The notes under the pieces were generated by a model, which saw only the letters and a program-made list of their open reading frames with translations, ran no database searches and was not told the origin of the DNA. Both the position numbers and the translations under genes were made by a program. DNA of 64,000 nucleotides, taken from contig NW_025767057.1 of assembly GCF_003918875.1 (NCBI RefSeq), positions 1,922,001-1,986,000 on the forward strand, given 5' to 3'. This stretch comes from Haliotis rubra (lineage: Eukaryota). Below, one piece after another: positions 1-15,100 of this stretch; position 1 is the stretch's first letter, and each line of letters begins with the position of its first letter.

Positions 1-2
1 AC

Positions 3-3000
3 TTTGGCGACCCCCGACCTCTGCTAGGAACGTTGTCACGCTTGAAACTGTAGAGTGGAGAACATATAACAAACTATCGATAACGGACGACAACAGTTCT
101 TGACATGGTTAGGTCGGGTGCGCCTGTGAGTGAGTGAGCCGCTTTTAGCAATATTCCAGCAATATCACGGCGGGGGATACCAGAAATAGGTTTTACACAT
201 TGTGCCCATGTGGGGAATCGAACCCGGGTCTTTGAAATGACCACTAGGCTACCCCACCGCCCCTTTGGTGCCTGTTAGTATGGTATTGATAACAATAGCA
301 TTACCACATGGCCATTCGTATTATTTATGTGTTTCTCGTGTCCAAACTAAACCAGCAAAGGGAGCGGGCAGGTGCAAAATAATCCATAAATATTACATAT
401 AAAAGTGTTACGGTTTGAAGGGGGCTGAACCGCGTTCCTATCGACTTACCAGGATTATGTAAGAAGGAAATGTTGCAGAGCATTTACTTCATAGGGGAAC
501 TATAAGATTCACGGTTTAGGTACAGATAAATAATCATGATCGAAACTTGGTTCAAAGATTTCCAAAACAAATACCAAAAAAATTGAAGATACATAACAAA
601 ATACAATTTCATAATTCGTACTCGTAATTCTTAGAGCCTTGTCCTCCCGATCCCTTGCAGGCCCGACTCTTGCAGCACAGAACAAGCCCTGCGAGGAGAC
701 CCAGCAACAGCAAGGCTGCCAAAGCAGCAATCAAGCCAAGGATGACGGGGTTCTGCAACGCAGCATCTACCGGGGACAACGTTGTAGCCGAGCCGGTCCC
801 ACCAGCTCCACCAGTTCCGCCGGCGCCTCCAGTTGCACCTGTCACTGGCGGCATGGTAGGAGGTGGAGGAGGCGTCGTCGTATATACGTACTGGACGTTC
901 GCTGTACACGTTGTCGACCGTGGCGGAGTTCCTCCATCTGTTGCCTGGACGGTCAGATCTACCAGGGCTCCAGGCGCCAGCTTTCCATCTGGGTCCCCTA
1001 TCAACCTGACGTTACCGTCACCGGCAATGCCAAAGACACCGCTTCCGGAAGTACCGCTGGCGAAACCGTACGTCACCTGTCCGTTGACTGACTGATCTTC
1101 GTCGGTTGCTACAACTGTGCCTAACGACCGCCCGATGGTGTCGCCGTTGTTGATGATGCCAAAGTTGAATGCGGGTAAGGTGCATATTGGGTCGTTATCG
1201 TTAACCTGAAGAGGAAACAAATCTACTGTATTGAAGTCAGAAATGACATGAAACGTCAGAAAAACAGATTGCTGGTAAGGCCATCCGTATGTTACTGTAT
1301 GTCTCATCTATATCCTTAACAAACAACAGTGAGTGGGTGAAATAATATTTAACGTCACATAGGCAATATTTCAGCCATATCGTGACGAGAACAATTTATG
1401 CATTAAAGATGAATAAATTTAGAAGTTACAAATCTGTCGTCGATTGATAGTAAAACCTCTAGTGTATAACAGGTGTTAAGTTAAAAAGCATGTTATCAAA
1501 CAAAGATGTCATTAAAGAGCACAATACAATATAACACTGGGCTGCGGATCACCAGCAAATGATGGTAGATACCACACTAGAGGCCATGGGACTTACAGTT
1601 CTTTTGCATGAACCTTAGCTGGGTTTACATCATACCTCCAGGTGTTTTTGAGCAAAATAGCCATTCGTTAAAATATCAAAAAATCTACGATTAAAACTAT
1701 GGCAATGATGAACATACATTAAATGATGTGGTTTTACGTACCCTACCCGGAGTACAATTATTTTAAAATACTTCAGCCCTCTGTGGGGGAGCAGCAAGAA
1801 AACGGTAGGGAGAAAAAATATGTAGATTTTATAAATTTAAACAAATATGTTCTCTGCTTATTAACCTATTTGTCATATGTTAAGATTTCAATCACTTGAT
1901 AATAAATAGTGAGTGAGTTTAGTTTTACGCCGCACTCAGCAATATTCCAGCTATATGGCGGCGGTCTGTAAATAATCGGGTCTGGACCAGACAATCCAGT
2001 GTTTAACAGCATGAGCATCGATCTTCGCAGTTGGGAACCGATGACATGTGTCAACCAAGTCAGCGGCAAGCGTAGGTTGCTGAAGACCTATTCTACCCCG
2101 GATCTTCACGGGTCTGAGAAATAAATAACGATATATCCACATAAAAAACGGAGTGTGGTCGAAGCAAGCCGTCTGGTTGGTCAACGCTGCTAAATCTGCA
2201 CATTCTTTATAAATTCTCTGGAATTTTTACTTCCATCGACTGCTTGACTTGAAAGAAATGTAAGATGTTTTTCCAGCAAAATGGCTTCTCAAAGAAAGCA
2301 TCATTTGTAAATGTCTCTTTAACAAACATCAACCAACCAGAGGACTTTATTCGACCACACCCCCGTTTTGTGCGGATATATCGTCAGCCATTTGTGTCAA
2401 GATCGTTTTGTTGACGGTCAAAATCGGGTTTCAATCGACTTGCAGAAATAACAATAAAGAATTGGTAGGTGTCATGAGTGGTGTTCGATAGGCCAATCAT
2501 CCATGATTAAGTTTTAATCGATTGCATGCGATGGTAGCGTAGCGATCGGCAAAGCAGTCGGGTGGGGTGCACCGAAGTGTCCGACCTTGTCAAGATGTAT
2601 TGTACTGAGAAGCATTTCGAGTCGGGGGTCATCTCAAAATTTTGTATATAATTTATAAAATCTTTAATCCTCGCAAAGACACGAGGGCCTGTGCTATTTA
2701 ACGATATTGCTAAGTGCGGTGTTAAACAACCAACCAACCAACTAGATAATGAAGTAACCTACCTCCCTGACAAACACGGTGACCGTGGCCTCGGCAGACA
2801 GCCCCGTCGTGTCTATGAGTTTCATAGTCAGGGTGATCTGTGCCGGACCGTTGTTGTCACGGTCCAGCTCCACCGCCTGTCCCAGGACGCACTGGGCTGT
2901 GTCCACGATGGTGAACTTGTTGGCGTCGGCTCCCTCCAGCACGAGGGTGTGAACGTCGCCGATGTCGGGGTCAATCCCGCCACAGTTTAGAAACACACCT

Positions 3001-3094
3001 GGGGAGTTTACCTGAGGGTTGGATATAATTTTGATTTTATTGTGGCGTCATGATTGTCTGGAGAGGACATGATGGTGGTGCCATCATCATCATC

Positions 3095-3125
<31 letters not shown>

Positions 3126-6100
3126 AAACTAGCGTCACAATCGTCATCACCATTACCATGATCATTACATCAGCAGCAGCAACATTAAGATTACATCACC
3201 ACCACTAACATCATCATCATCATATCATCATGATAACGTCATCATCATCATCATCTAATCGCCATCGTTTACATCGGTCGTCGTTATCATCACAAGCGCT
3301 AAGTACTGAATTTCTCCGAGATACTGTGATAGTAGTAGGGTAAAGCCGCTTTGTGGGGACAGTAAGCACTGACATCTCACAGTGTAACCATGTTGGGATT
3401 CGAAACCAGATCTCCAGTTTGACAAACGTGCCTGCCACCATACCGCCATCGGTACTGCTACCACTTAAAGGGGTCCTGGGTGTTAGGCATCTCTGAGTTT
3501 GGACTGGTTCCCCAAATGTCTTGATTCCCAGGTGTATGCTCAACATATATATCAAACTTATGTGTCAGAGTGCAGCTTGCTACTCCTCGACATTGAGTCT
3601 CAGCTGGACAGCCCTTTCTGCAATGTGAAAACCTAAGTGAAGCAAGTCTTGCCTTTCCTCACTAGAATCTCCTACTTCAATGGGGCTCCTGCTCTGTTTA
3701 ATGGAAGCATATGCTAAGAGCAAGTGTTAGTCTACTATAGTCATTAACACTAAGTCTAGTATTTCAAGCACCATGATTTACCTCGTCGAAGTAGGCAATG
3801 TAGTTCTGACCATTGAGGAACTCGGGCTTCTCGTTGACGTCCGTCACTTCGACAAAAAGGGGGTAAAGCTGGGAGTCGAGACATCCGTCCTTAGCCCGGA
3901 AGGAGAAGGTGTACTTGTCTATCATCTCCCTGTCTAGCTTCTGACCGTTAGCCACTGTCAAGGTCACGACTGTATGTGGGAGAGAGATTGTGAGACGGTG
4001 ACTTTATACAGTCGTATAGTTGTGATCATCTTTACTCATTATCTAACCATTAATGTGCATGAACATATATTGTAGATCATCTAAAAACACTGACATAGTC
4101 TCCTGGGCCATGTTCACAAAGTGATCTCTCGTGTCCTGGGCCATATTCACAAAGTGATCTCAGCGCTGAGGCGATCTCAACTCCCACACTTTAACAAACG
4201 CAGAACAGGCAACATGGGTGTTAATGTGAAACAAACCGGACAAAGTCACAGGTAAATGCTCTTGCACGGTGTGGACTGTCCCAGTGCTGTGCTGGGCCAT
4301 ACCGGGACACACTTCCGGGACACCAGGAACCCATTGCAGCGTGAGAAAGGGAGTTGTCATCAGTCATTAATCACAGTGGTGGAATGTTTGTCTCAGAGAT
4401 CTGTATCATCTTAAGCTGACCTCTCTACAATTTTGAAATTCACAAAAACAAAACGGCAATGTTTTCATGACCCAACCCCCTCCTTCCACCCGACCCAAAA
4501 AGTACACAGCTGTGCTGAAATGCGTCGCCCTCTTCGCGGTGTCAATTTTTCATGATTCCAAACCACCACCATACGTTCTTCTCCAATACACCACCTCACC
4601 CACCCACCCCTCACCCGTCCCCTTACGTACTGCCGGCGGCGATATATCTCACAGACGCTATACATTTCTTTCTCTCAGGTAGAAGTGATGCGTGCATCAG
4701 CAGACCCCAGCATCCGTCAGAGATTCACATACCTTTGTTAGCTAAGACAGCGTTGAATTTGAGGCGGTCCATGTCAGGTACCACTTCCCAGGTAAGGCTT
4801 AACGTGGTGCACTGCTGGGTGTCCTCAATGGTGACTTGAGCTATAACGCCACCCGCAACCAGATCCTCGGCTACCTCCACAGCTCGCGGTAGGTCTTGAA
4901 ACACGGGGGCCTGGTTCGTGTCTGGAAAGTTAAAACACCGTCCGTCTCTACAACGTGGGATAGTGATTTGTGATAGATGTAGGATGCAAATGTGAAATGT
5001 AGGATAAATATAACCCTAAAACAATGGGTAAATTCAGTACCCAACGAGTTAAGTAGAACCATTCTGGTAAATTTTGGATAAAGGCATTTCCCGGAACATA
5101 CGGTAGAACTATTCTATTCAACACGGTATGGAGTCAGCGCGTGTAATGTTGATTAGAAGAAATATTATGTTGAACAAAATGTAGAGAAACTTACGTCACA
5201 GGTAAGATAGAACAATTCTTTAAAAGGTGTGATAGACATACAATATAGAACAAACTTTATGGATAACAACTTCTTTTTATTCGTGAGTGCGACGTTTCGA
5301 TACAGATTATTGTACCGTTGTCAAGCATTAATGGAACATGAAGAAGGGGGAAGTATATATATATACTGGATGTAACAATGTAACAAAGAAAACAACATAA
5401 TTAACATAATTGGCTAGGCAGTATTTGAACGAATAAAAAGTTGTTATCCATAAAGTTTGTTCTATTTTGTTCTTCCCAACTTCTAAAATGCCACTCAAAG
5501 AAGAAGTAAGCAACATATATGAAACTTGATATTTTATTTAATTTAATGTAGATTTACACACCTGAAATGTTTAGGTCAGAATCGGTTAACCAAAATAAAG
5601 GGTCTGGCCTAACCACAATGATCAAAATCGGTTGACCAATGTAGTGGGGCTGGAGTAACTACAATGTCCCCCTGAACGGGGAATAGTCCTATATTTTAAG
5701 TACGACTCACTTGTCATGGTGAAGGTGATGGTGCAGGTGACGGTGTTGAAGGGGTCGGAGGCTGTCACCACACCAGTGTACTGACTGACCGTCTCTCGTA
5801 TCATCAACCTCTGACACTGTATCACGCCAGCTGTAACACAGAGTCGTGATTTAGGGTTAGCATAATACAATCATCACTATTGTCGTCGTATGGGCTGCAT
5901 TGTTCAGGTAAAACAAACGTGATTGTTGACGTAATATAGACACCACTGTTGATGTAATATAGACACCACTGTTGACGTAATATAGACATCACTGTTGACG
6001 TAATATAGACACCACTGTTGACGTAATATAGACACCACTGTTGACGTAATATAGACACCACTGTTGACGTAATATAGACACCACTGTTGACGTAATATAG

Positions 6101-9100
6101 ACATCACTGTTGACGTAATATAGACATCACTGTTGACGTAATATAGACACCACTGTTGACGTAATATAGACATCACTGTTGACGTAATATAGACATCACT
6201 GTTGACGTAATATAGACACCACTGTTGACGTAATAAAGACACCACTTTGACGTAATATAGACATCACTGTTGACGTAATATAGACATCACTGTTGACGTA
6301 ATATAGACACCACTGTTGACGTAATATAGACATCACTGTTGACGTAATATAGACATCACTGTTGACGTAATATAGACACCACTGTTGACGTAATATAGAC
6401 ACCACTGTTGACGTAATATAGACATCACTGTTGACGTAATATAGACACCACTATTGACGTAATATAGACACAACTGTTGACGTAATATAGACACTACTGT
6501 TGACGTAATATAAAAATCGCTGTTGACATATTTTAAACACTACAGTTGACGTAATATAGACAACACTGTTGACGTAATATAAAAATCGCTGTTGAGCAAA
6601 CTATAAACACTATAGTTGACTTTATATAGACAACACTGTTGACGTAATATAGACACCACTGTTGACGTAATATAGACATCACTGTTGACGTAATATAAAA
6701 ATCGCTGTTGGCATACTATAAACACTACAGTTGACGTAATATATACTGAACAAACTTTATGGACGTAATATAAACACCACTGTTGACGTAATATAGACAC
6801 CACTGTTGACGTAATATAGACACCACTGTTGACGTTATATTGACATCACAGTTGCGTAATATAGACATCACAGTTGACGTAATATAAAAATCGCTGTTGG
6901 CATACTATAAACACTACAGTTGACGTAATATATACTGAACAAACTTTATGGACGTAATATAAACACCACTGTTGACGTAATATAGGTTTGGTAACGTACT
7001 ATTGAGTATGGTGAATGTTCCAGGATTCGGTTGTACAGACATCTGCAACGTCAGAGTGTCATCGTCGGTCGCAACCATGGTGTGGACAGTGTCGCCGACG
7101 TTGGCTACAGACGCATCAACACCAATCAAATCTACGAAACAAAATCATCAAACATTAACCTTGCTTATGATACAGATTCCGAAGGTTAGATTTCAGTTAA
7201 GAAGTTAATATTCAAAATAAGTGAGTGTGGTTGGCCACTTAGAACAGAATTCCATCCACTCCAAAGCGTGCCGGCCTGGTGGCTGAGGTCGTTGACATGT
7301 TAGACGGAGATGAAAGCCACAAGCTCGAGTTTGAGGCTGAGTTCAACTATATGTTTTCAGTTTCAGTAATTCTGTAACTGTTGTACCAAATATCTACTCT
7401 AATCCCTGTACTACCGCTAAAGGCAACTTCACCGTGTCACAGCATCCATTGTATTTCAAGAAAATATTTGACAATGAGCTCGAGTATATGGAATATAACT
7501 TACTGGGGTTACAGTTAAGGTTCGGAGGGGTATTCTGTCTGATGTTGACAGTGAGCGTGCTCCTGATTGACTTGCCGTCGTGGGAGTCCGTACAGATTAC
7601 ATCCACAGTGAAAGAAGGGATGGTTGCAAACGATAATGGTTGCAGACCAGTGTAAAACACGAACGAATCTGGAAATATATACATAATTCTTATTTCATTC
7701 TTTAATCATGATATTGTTATGCGATACACATCAATCCCAGGGTGAAGTGAATAATGCTTTGGTTTACCGATACCTTTATAAAATAGCAACATTCCAACAG
7801 TATCAACAGCTTCAATCCCGGATGTGCCCATGTCCAGTAAACGCTTTCACCATTAGGCTACCCACCTACTCTGTCAGAATGAACCTCATTGAACTCAATT
7901 GGCAAAGGCGATTAGATAGACATTAAATAAAAAAAATGTAGTTACCTTGCCCTCCCGTCTTCTTCTCTACGACGAACGCAGTGTTGGCTGTGGCGGGAAG
8001 GACTCTGTCGGCCTCGCAACCGTAAGTGTCGGTCTCAGTCACTTCTATCTTGAAGACTTCTGTCTTCGTACTTGTGTCCTCACTCAGAAACGCGGAACCT
8101 GGCAAGTTGGTAATCACAGGGGGTACGTTCTGGAAACATGGAAAAGTAAGTTTGGTTTTTTTTCCGGGGGTGTTCACACATAGCGAAAACAATCGTGTTC
8201 TCGGTCTCAGTTTCCACAACTACGGGACAATTGGACAATTGTTTCACAGTTTCTGAGAATGACACAAACAAAAACTTGTGATTCGGGGGTTATGAGTGTG
8301 TGAGTTTAGTTTTACGCCGCACTCAGCTTTATTCCAGCCATGTGGCGGCGGTCTGTAAATAACCGAGTCTGGACCAGACAATCCAGTGATCAACAGCATG
8401 AGCATCGATCCGCGCAATTGGGAACCGATGACATGTGTCAACCAAGCCAGCGAGCCTGACCACCCGATCCCGTTAGTCGCTTCTCACGACAAGCATCGGT
8501 TACTGAAGATCAATATTCTAACCCGGACCTTCACGGGTCTCGATGGTTATGTAGTTGATACGAGTGACAGAGTTGTGATTTCAACGGAAGTTTTTACAGT
8601 GTTTCGGCGAATGTTTTCAGTCATATTTTGATGGCTTTTGTGATGTTTTGGTTCAAAATCCAATTTTCAAGGCTATGCCTTATGTCCGTCAGTTTGTATT
8701 GTTATGTGGAAGTGTTAATCATTGAGTAACAGCGTTCCAAGTGTATGACGTTGTACAGTAGTGGGCAGGGATGTGCTACTTTAAGACAGAGTTCGGGAAG
8801 GTACTCTACAATCCTATGATCCTTTCCACCATATTCTGAACCAGGGAGGTGAAGGCGGATCTGGTACATTTTCTAGGTATATAAGGGGAAGTAACTCTTG
8901 CCTCTCATCTCACCTTAAATCTCACCTTTAAACGCAATTGCTTTAAACAAGTAAGTGTGTGGAGATGATTCTTACACAGTCAATAATGCCGTGCTTGACT
9001 GTCGATTTTTCAATCACGGGGGATAAGTATTTCAAAGTTCCATCCCCAAAGGATCTTTTGAATCATATATATTCATATCTAATTATGGTACTTTAGAACT

Positions 9101-12100
9101 TATCGATAATTTTATTAATAGATAATACAGAAAAATAAAATGTAACATATTTGGAACATAGAATGGTATGTATCCAAAAAGCGGTTTGAAGTAGTGAAAA
9201 ACTACTGTCATATTCAGAAGGTATGTTAACGTATATTCCTTGAACAGTTGAAATCGTAGTATATTTGTAAAGTTGAACTGGAGGCTAAGCTGTGCACCAT
9301 CGCCTACAGCTGAAGGGTTCGGGTAACTCCTGCAGTAAACTGCAGAAGTATTGCTAGTGCGGTGGCCAAACTTTGGCTCCTGGCCCCGATTTCTCGAAAA
9401 AAACTTAAGTTTTTACTCAAATTTCAAACTGAGTTTGACAATTTGGAACAGCTGATTTTTTAACTGAACTGCATTTCTTTTTTTATAAAAAAGCCCAAAC
9501 AACTGAAATAGCCTATCTACCCAACTCAAATTGTCAAAAATGCATTTTGCTGCTTTTTCTCAAATTTGAGTAAAAACTCTTACTCAAGTCAAAACTCACA
9601 CTTAAGTTTGCTTCGAGAAATCGGGGCCTGGTGATCTAGAGACCATATTTAAAACGCTCTGTTCAATAATATTTAATTCTTGTTCTCAGACTAGTTATAT
9701 CTGTATAATCTGTGAGGACTTATGTGCTGTACTGTTCTTCAAAGACAGCTTTTGAATATCTGAATACATAATATCCATCTACGTGAAACTTTCTGTCGTC
9801 ACGATTTAGTGATGTGACGTTTAATTTTAACTCTCTCACTTATTTACTTACAAACTGCACAGTGACGGTAGTATCAGCGTTTCTGGGAGGGGTGCCACCG
9901 TCCGTGGCTCTCACTGTCAGGGTGTAGATGTCGTTACGCTGGGCCTCAGTCACGACTGTCTGTAAATACACTGACCCGTCAGGTTGCACGAGGAACCTTC
10001 CCCCGGAGTTGTCCGCCTGGAGGGAGTAGGTCAGCGCAGCGTTGACACCAGTGTCCTTGTCGGTTGCCGTCACCTGACCAATAGTGCCCACCGGAGTCTT
10101 CGGACTGATGAACAAGTTTGTATTGGTAATTGCGTACTCGGGGTCGTTGTCGTTGAAGTCGGCAACGTTGACGTTAACGGTTGTCGTCGCTGTGTCCCCT
10201 CCCTTGTCTGTGACGATGACCGTGACAGGTACTTGCGTTAGGCCGGCATCAAAGTCGATTTCTTTGATGTTTTGGAGTGCCCCCGTCCCAGAATTGATCG
10301 TGAAAAAGGAGTCGTATGTGCCGGTACCCATGGCGAAGGTATGGGTTTCGCCGGCGTCCTCGTCGGTCACGGTGAACGCTGGCTGGATGGCTGGCGTGAC
10401 GGGGACCTGCAGTTTCACAGAAAGATCCAAATTTCAGTATTACTTAAGCAGAAGCATTGGGTAAATGGGAGCAATAATGGTTAAACGATATGTACAATTT
10501 AATTCCTTGACATGCTAAACAAAGGTCGCACAATGACAACCCCTTGCATGATAACAGAGTCACGTACGAGGACTCATTCAAAATTCAACGAGAAATGAAA
10601 ACAATTGGTAAAATATTTTCCATATGGAATAGGGCATGCTGACTATTTTACTATATATCTTTGATTTTCGATGACTCATTTATATATTGAAGTTATAAAC
10701 AATATTAGAATTATCGCCATTTCTAGTGGGCATACAGTTAATCAATCAACAGCATTTCCTGTGTAAAATGCCTCTTGCAGAAGAACCTAGGACGAAATTC
10801 GAGATTTCGTCTCCCGCGTCATCAGTATCTAGACCAACAGCTGTTGGTGCACTCACGGGGCCTTCCAGGATGTTCATGGTGTAGGTGGGGCTTGTGAAGG
10901 CTGGTGGGTCGTTCCGGTCGAGGACGTTCAGAGGAAATGAGAATGTCGAGCTGAGTACTCCATCATTCAAGACCAAGGTCATGGTCATGGAGCTAATTGT
11001 CTCAAAGTCCAGTTTTTTCCCTGCTGCTACAGATATGGTGCACGCTGAAACACGGTATGTGGGAAGCGGACATCAACTGTCTGCATTGATGTGCAGTAAA
11101 GATCATCTATTTTATGTACATTGGCGATCAATTGTCTATACTGATGCACATCGACACGGGCTACTTCCCTTACATCAACCTATCTCACTCATTCACCCAC
11201 CCACCCAGACTTTCTCAAACAACGCAACATTTGTCCAGTTTCTCCAAGTGGCTGTCTAATTGTTGTAACTATTTTTCCACAGTTGTACATCTACTACAAT
11301 AGTGTCGCAATGCTATGCCAAAAATAAACCACATCTCGACGGTCACAATTCTCCACTACAATCCGAATAAAGGTACGAGGGGCACTGCACCATATCCACA
11401 ATGCACCTACTTGTTGGGTTCAAGTCAAATGTTGCTCTTTCAGTGACGGGATTGACGTCAAGCGTTATAGTGATGGTGCCGGGCTCGTCATGGGTGCAGG
11501 TGTACAGGGCGACGCCCGGAGCGACGTCTTCGGGAATCGTCAGCGTCGTCGGCAAGTTTGTTATAGTAGGCGCTGTGTTGAGATCTGTAGGCAACAATAT
11601 GCATGTAAATGCATGCATGGCCGTGTGTATGCAATGCTAATGTTAGTCATCACCATCATGAAAACAAGTATATATGTACTTGTTTATTCACCATGTCTCC
11701 CTGTTGCAACAGTTTGGTAGATATGTACAGTAATCTGTGTATAACACGAACTCGCTTATACCAAACTAACGGGTGTAACGAAGTAGGTTTGGGTCACTTA
11801 CTCTACATTTTAGTCGAAATATGTACAGCGAATTCCGGGTATAACGAACTATACTTAGTTGTCCCTTTGAGTTTCTACGTGGTTGACTGTACCTTACTCT
11901 TTGGCCAAGCTTAAGGTAATATAATGCTCTTCTACAGCTCCAGTATATTTTGGAGAGGAAGAGTAATCAACCACTCAACTCCCCGCAACCATCCCCACCC
12001 AACCCTCGCTTTAGCCAATACTTACTGATGCCAGTGAAAGATCATCACTACAATACTCTCTGATGATCAATGAGTGAATGAGTGAGTGAGTATGGTTTTA

Positions 12101-15100
12101 CGCCGCTTTTAGCAATATTCCAGCCATATCACGGCGGGGGACACCAGAAATGGGCTTCACACATGGTACCCATGTGGGGAATCAAACGCGGGTCTTCGGC
12201 GTGACAGATGACCACGACCAATACTCTCTGATGACCAGTGACAGATGACCACCACCGATACTCACTGATGACCAATGACAGGTGACCACCACCCTGATGA
12301 CCAGTGACAGATGACCACGACCGATACTCTCTGATGACCAGTGACAGATGACCACGACCGATACTCTCTGACCAGATGACCACCACCCTCACTGATGACC
12401 ATGTGACAGATGACGAGTGACGACCGATACTCTCTGATGACCAGTGACAGATGACCACCACTGATATAACAGATCACTGATGACCAGTGACAGATGACCA
12501 CCACTGATACTCATGACCAGTGACTCTGATGACCAGTGACAGATGACCACCACTGATACTCACTGATGACCAGTGACAGATGACCACCACTGATACTCTC
12601 TGATGACAGATGACCACCACTAATACTCTCTGATGACAGATGACCACCACTGATCACTCCCTGATGACCATTGACAGATGACCACCACTGATACTGATGA
12701 CCAGTGACAGATGACCACCACTGATACTCTCTGATGACCAGTGACAGATGACCACCACTGATACTCACTGATGACCAGTGACAGATGACCACCACTGATA
12801 CTCACTGATGACCAGTAACAGATGACCACCACTGATACTCTCTGATGACCTTGACAGATGACCACCACCGACACTCTCTGATGACCAGTAACAGATGACC
12901 ACCACTGATACTCTCTGATGACCTTGACAGATGACCACCACCGATACTCTCTGATGACCATTGACAGATGACCACCACTGATACTCACTATTCAGGTTGA
13001 GGGTCACCTGTTGCTCCACCATTGTCTGACCGTCTGTGACTTTGATCTTGAAGTTGTACGGTGTTGTACTCAACGTGTCGAAATTTACTTTTGCCTTCAC
13101 GTTACCAGTAGCTGGAAACAGAAACAAACTAGTTTCCCCAAACAGGACAAAGCAACACTCCAGTTTAAATGATGTTCATGTGAAGCATTTGTGTCCTTAT
13201 CATCAATACTATGCTCGCTCCCATCATACTCCTTGTACTCATTTTCCCACACTTGCATGGTTTTTGCACAGTTTGTCAATACACGTTTATGTTACGATAA
13301 TAAAAATATATGGAATCCTGTCATGATCATTGCCAACAAAACAAGCATATTTATAAAGAGGTGATAAAGCGCCGTACGTGGGTCTATTTCGAACGCTGGA
13401 GATGTTGGATCCAGGCTGAAGACGAGATCGTCCCCGTTCGGGTCGGTGACGAGTGATGGGAATAGTGTGTTGCCGGTTTTTATGGTCAGCGCGTCGACGG
13501 TCTTCGATACTAGACACAAAAAAACAGTGAGAGTTGGTCATACATTACGACACATCGCCATCTTTCATCTAAACACCTCCTTAGTTGTGGATATTGACAA
13601 CCTGCACATCAGACAGGTCGGTGTTTATAGCTGGCATGATTGTGTAAAAAAAATTATGTCGATCAGCTGTCTTGGACATTTTGGTAGTGTTGAGAAATCT
13701 TAAGTAGTAAAGATTCAGTAAACTGTAATTGAATACTGGAAGCGGCATTTAACAACATTATGCTGGCATGTCCGTCTGGTTTCATCGTCTGGTTTGAGAA
13801 ATTCGTTTTGTTCAGCTTGTTATTTAGTTTTGTTTTACGCCGCACCCAGCATTATTCCAGCTCTGTGTCAGTAGTCTATCATACCTATCCCTTTTGAATC
13901 ATGGCGCCTAGAATCGACGCAAACCAGTGGTTGAAAGAATGAGCACTGCCCCGTACATCGGGGTACATCGCGGTACATCGGGGTACTATGGCGTACAGTC
14001 ACTGCCTGACTTGATCCCAATTCCTCCCCCACTACGACAAGCATGAATGCGTTGCTTGCCGATTCTAACTCGCTTCGTCGGCGGTGGGGTAGCCAAGTGG
14101 TTGAAGCGTTCGCTCGTCACGCCGAAGAACCGGGTTCGATTCCCTACATGGGTACAAAGTGTGAAGACCATTTCTATTGTTAACCGCCGTGGTATTGCTG
14201 AAACATTGCTAAAAGCGGCGTAAAATCTAAACTCACTCACTCACTCTAACCCGCTTCACTGAAAGGTAGGAATAGAGACAGTTGGTTCATACTTGCAGCA
14301 CCCTCCGTGAACACCGGCGGAGAGTCGGGGATGACAGCAATTTGGACGTAGCTGTGGTCGATGTTGTTGCTGCTGTCGAGACATGAAAACTCCACCCTGT
14401 AGGACGGTACAGTTGGAGGCCCATTGGCAGACAAGTAGTACACACAGAAGTCTGGAAGTGTGAGCACTACCATGAACTAACTATTGCAATCATTTTCACG
14501 TATTTCTTTATCTCGTGATGCTGAAAGGATTGCCGTTAAGAACCAAGACTGCAATGGTCGTATATCATCTCATCAACTTCTGCCAGGCGTTAATTTACTG
14601 TATCATGAACCTGGTGTGTATGGAATCCTACTAGGGACATTGTCGCGTTGTAGCATTGTAGCACTTGGGTTAATCATGACATTGTTTGCTTGTGTTTATA
14701 AGGGCTACAATGTCCCTTCTGGAATTCCATAGTTTTACCTTTTATGCAAAACGGAAGCTGTTTCGATAGATAACCATGACTTGTTATTTTCTGTGGTTGG
14801 TTATGATGTTTATAAATCATTTGTATAAATCATTTACTTAAACTAATATTAGATTTAATTTTCTTGTCCTTCACATGTCGAAGAGAGAATAAGGGTGTAG
14901 CAATTGGATTGGGATGGGTATCGTTCAGGAATATCAGACTGTATCACGTTTCTGTCATGTCCCTGACCTTTACCATTTTGGTGGAACCCACGAGAACGGT
15001 GCTGGTTTGGTTTAAAATCATGTAGAAACCGAGCAACTCACCAGGGTCCCCGGCTCTCTTCTGGACGGCAAACATGGCGAGGGTTGTGATATTCTGGGAG

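Noticed and set aside
609-1307. Stand-alone 232-aa ORF ending NYEYEL
   Set aside because: The N-terminal part is intron (acceptor at 1206), and a phase-2 donor at 621 joins an in-frame exon at 3-47, so the stop is probably read-through into intron. An alternative short tail cannot be excluded.
14079-14160. tRNA gene
   Set aside because: The tRNA-like head continues into a SINE body and tail and recurs about 15 times, some copies with TSDs.
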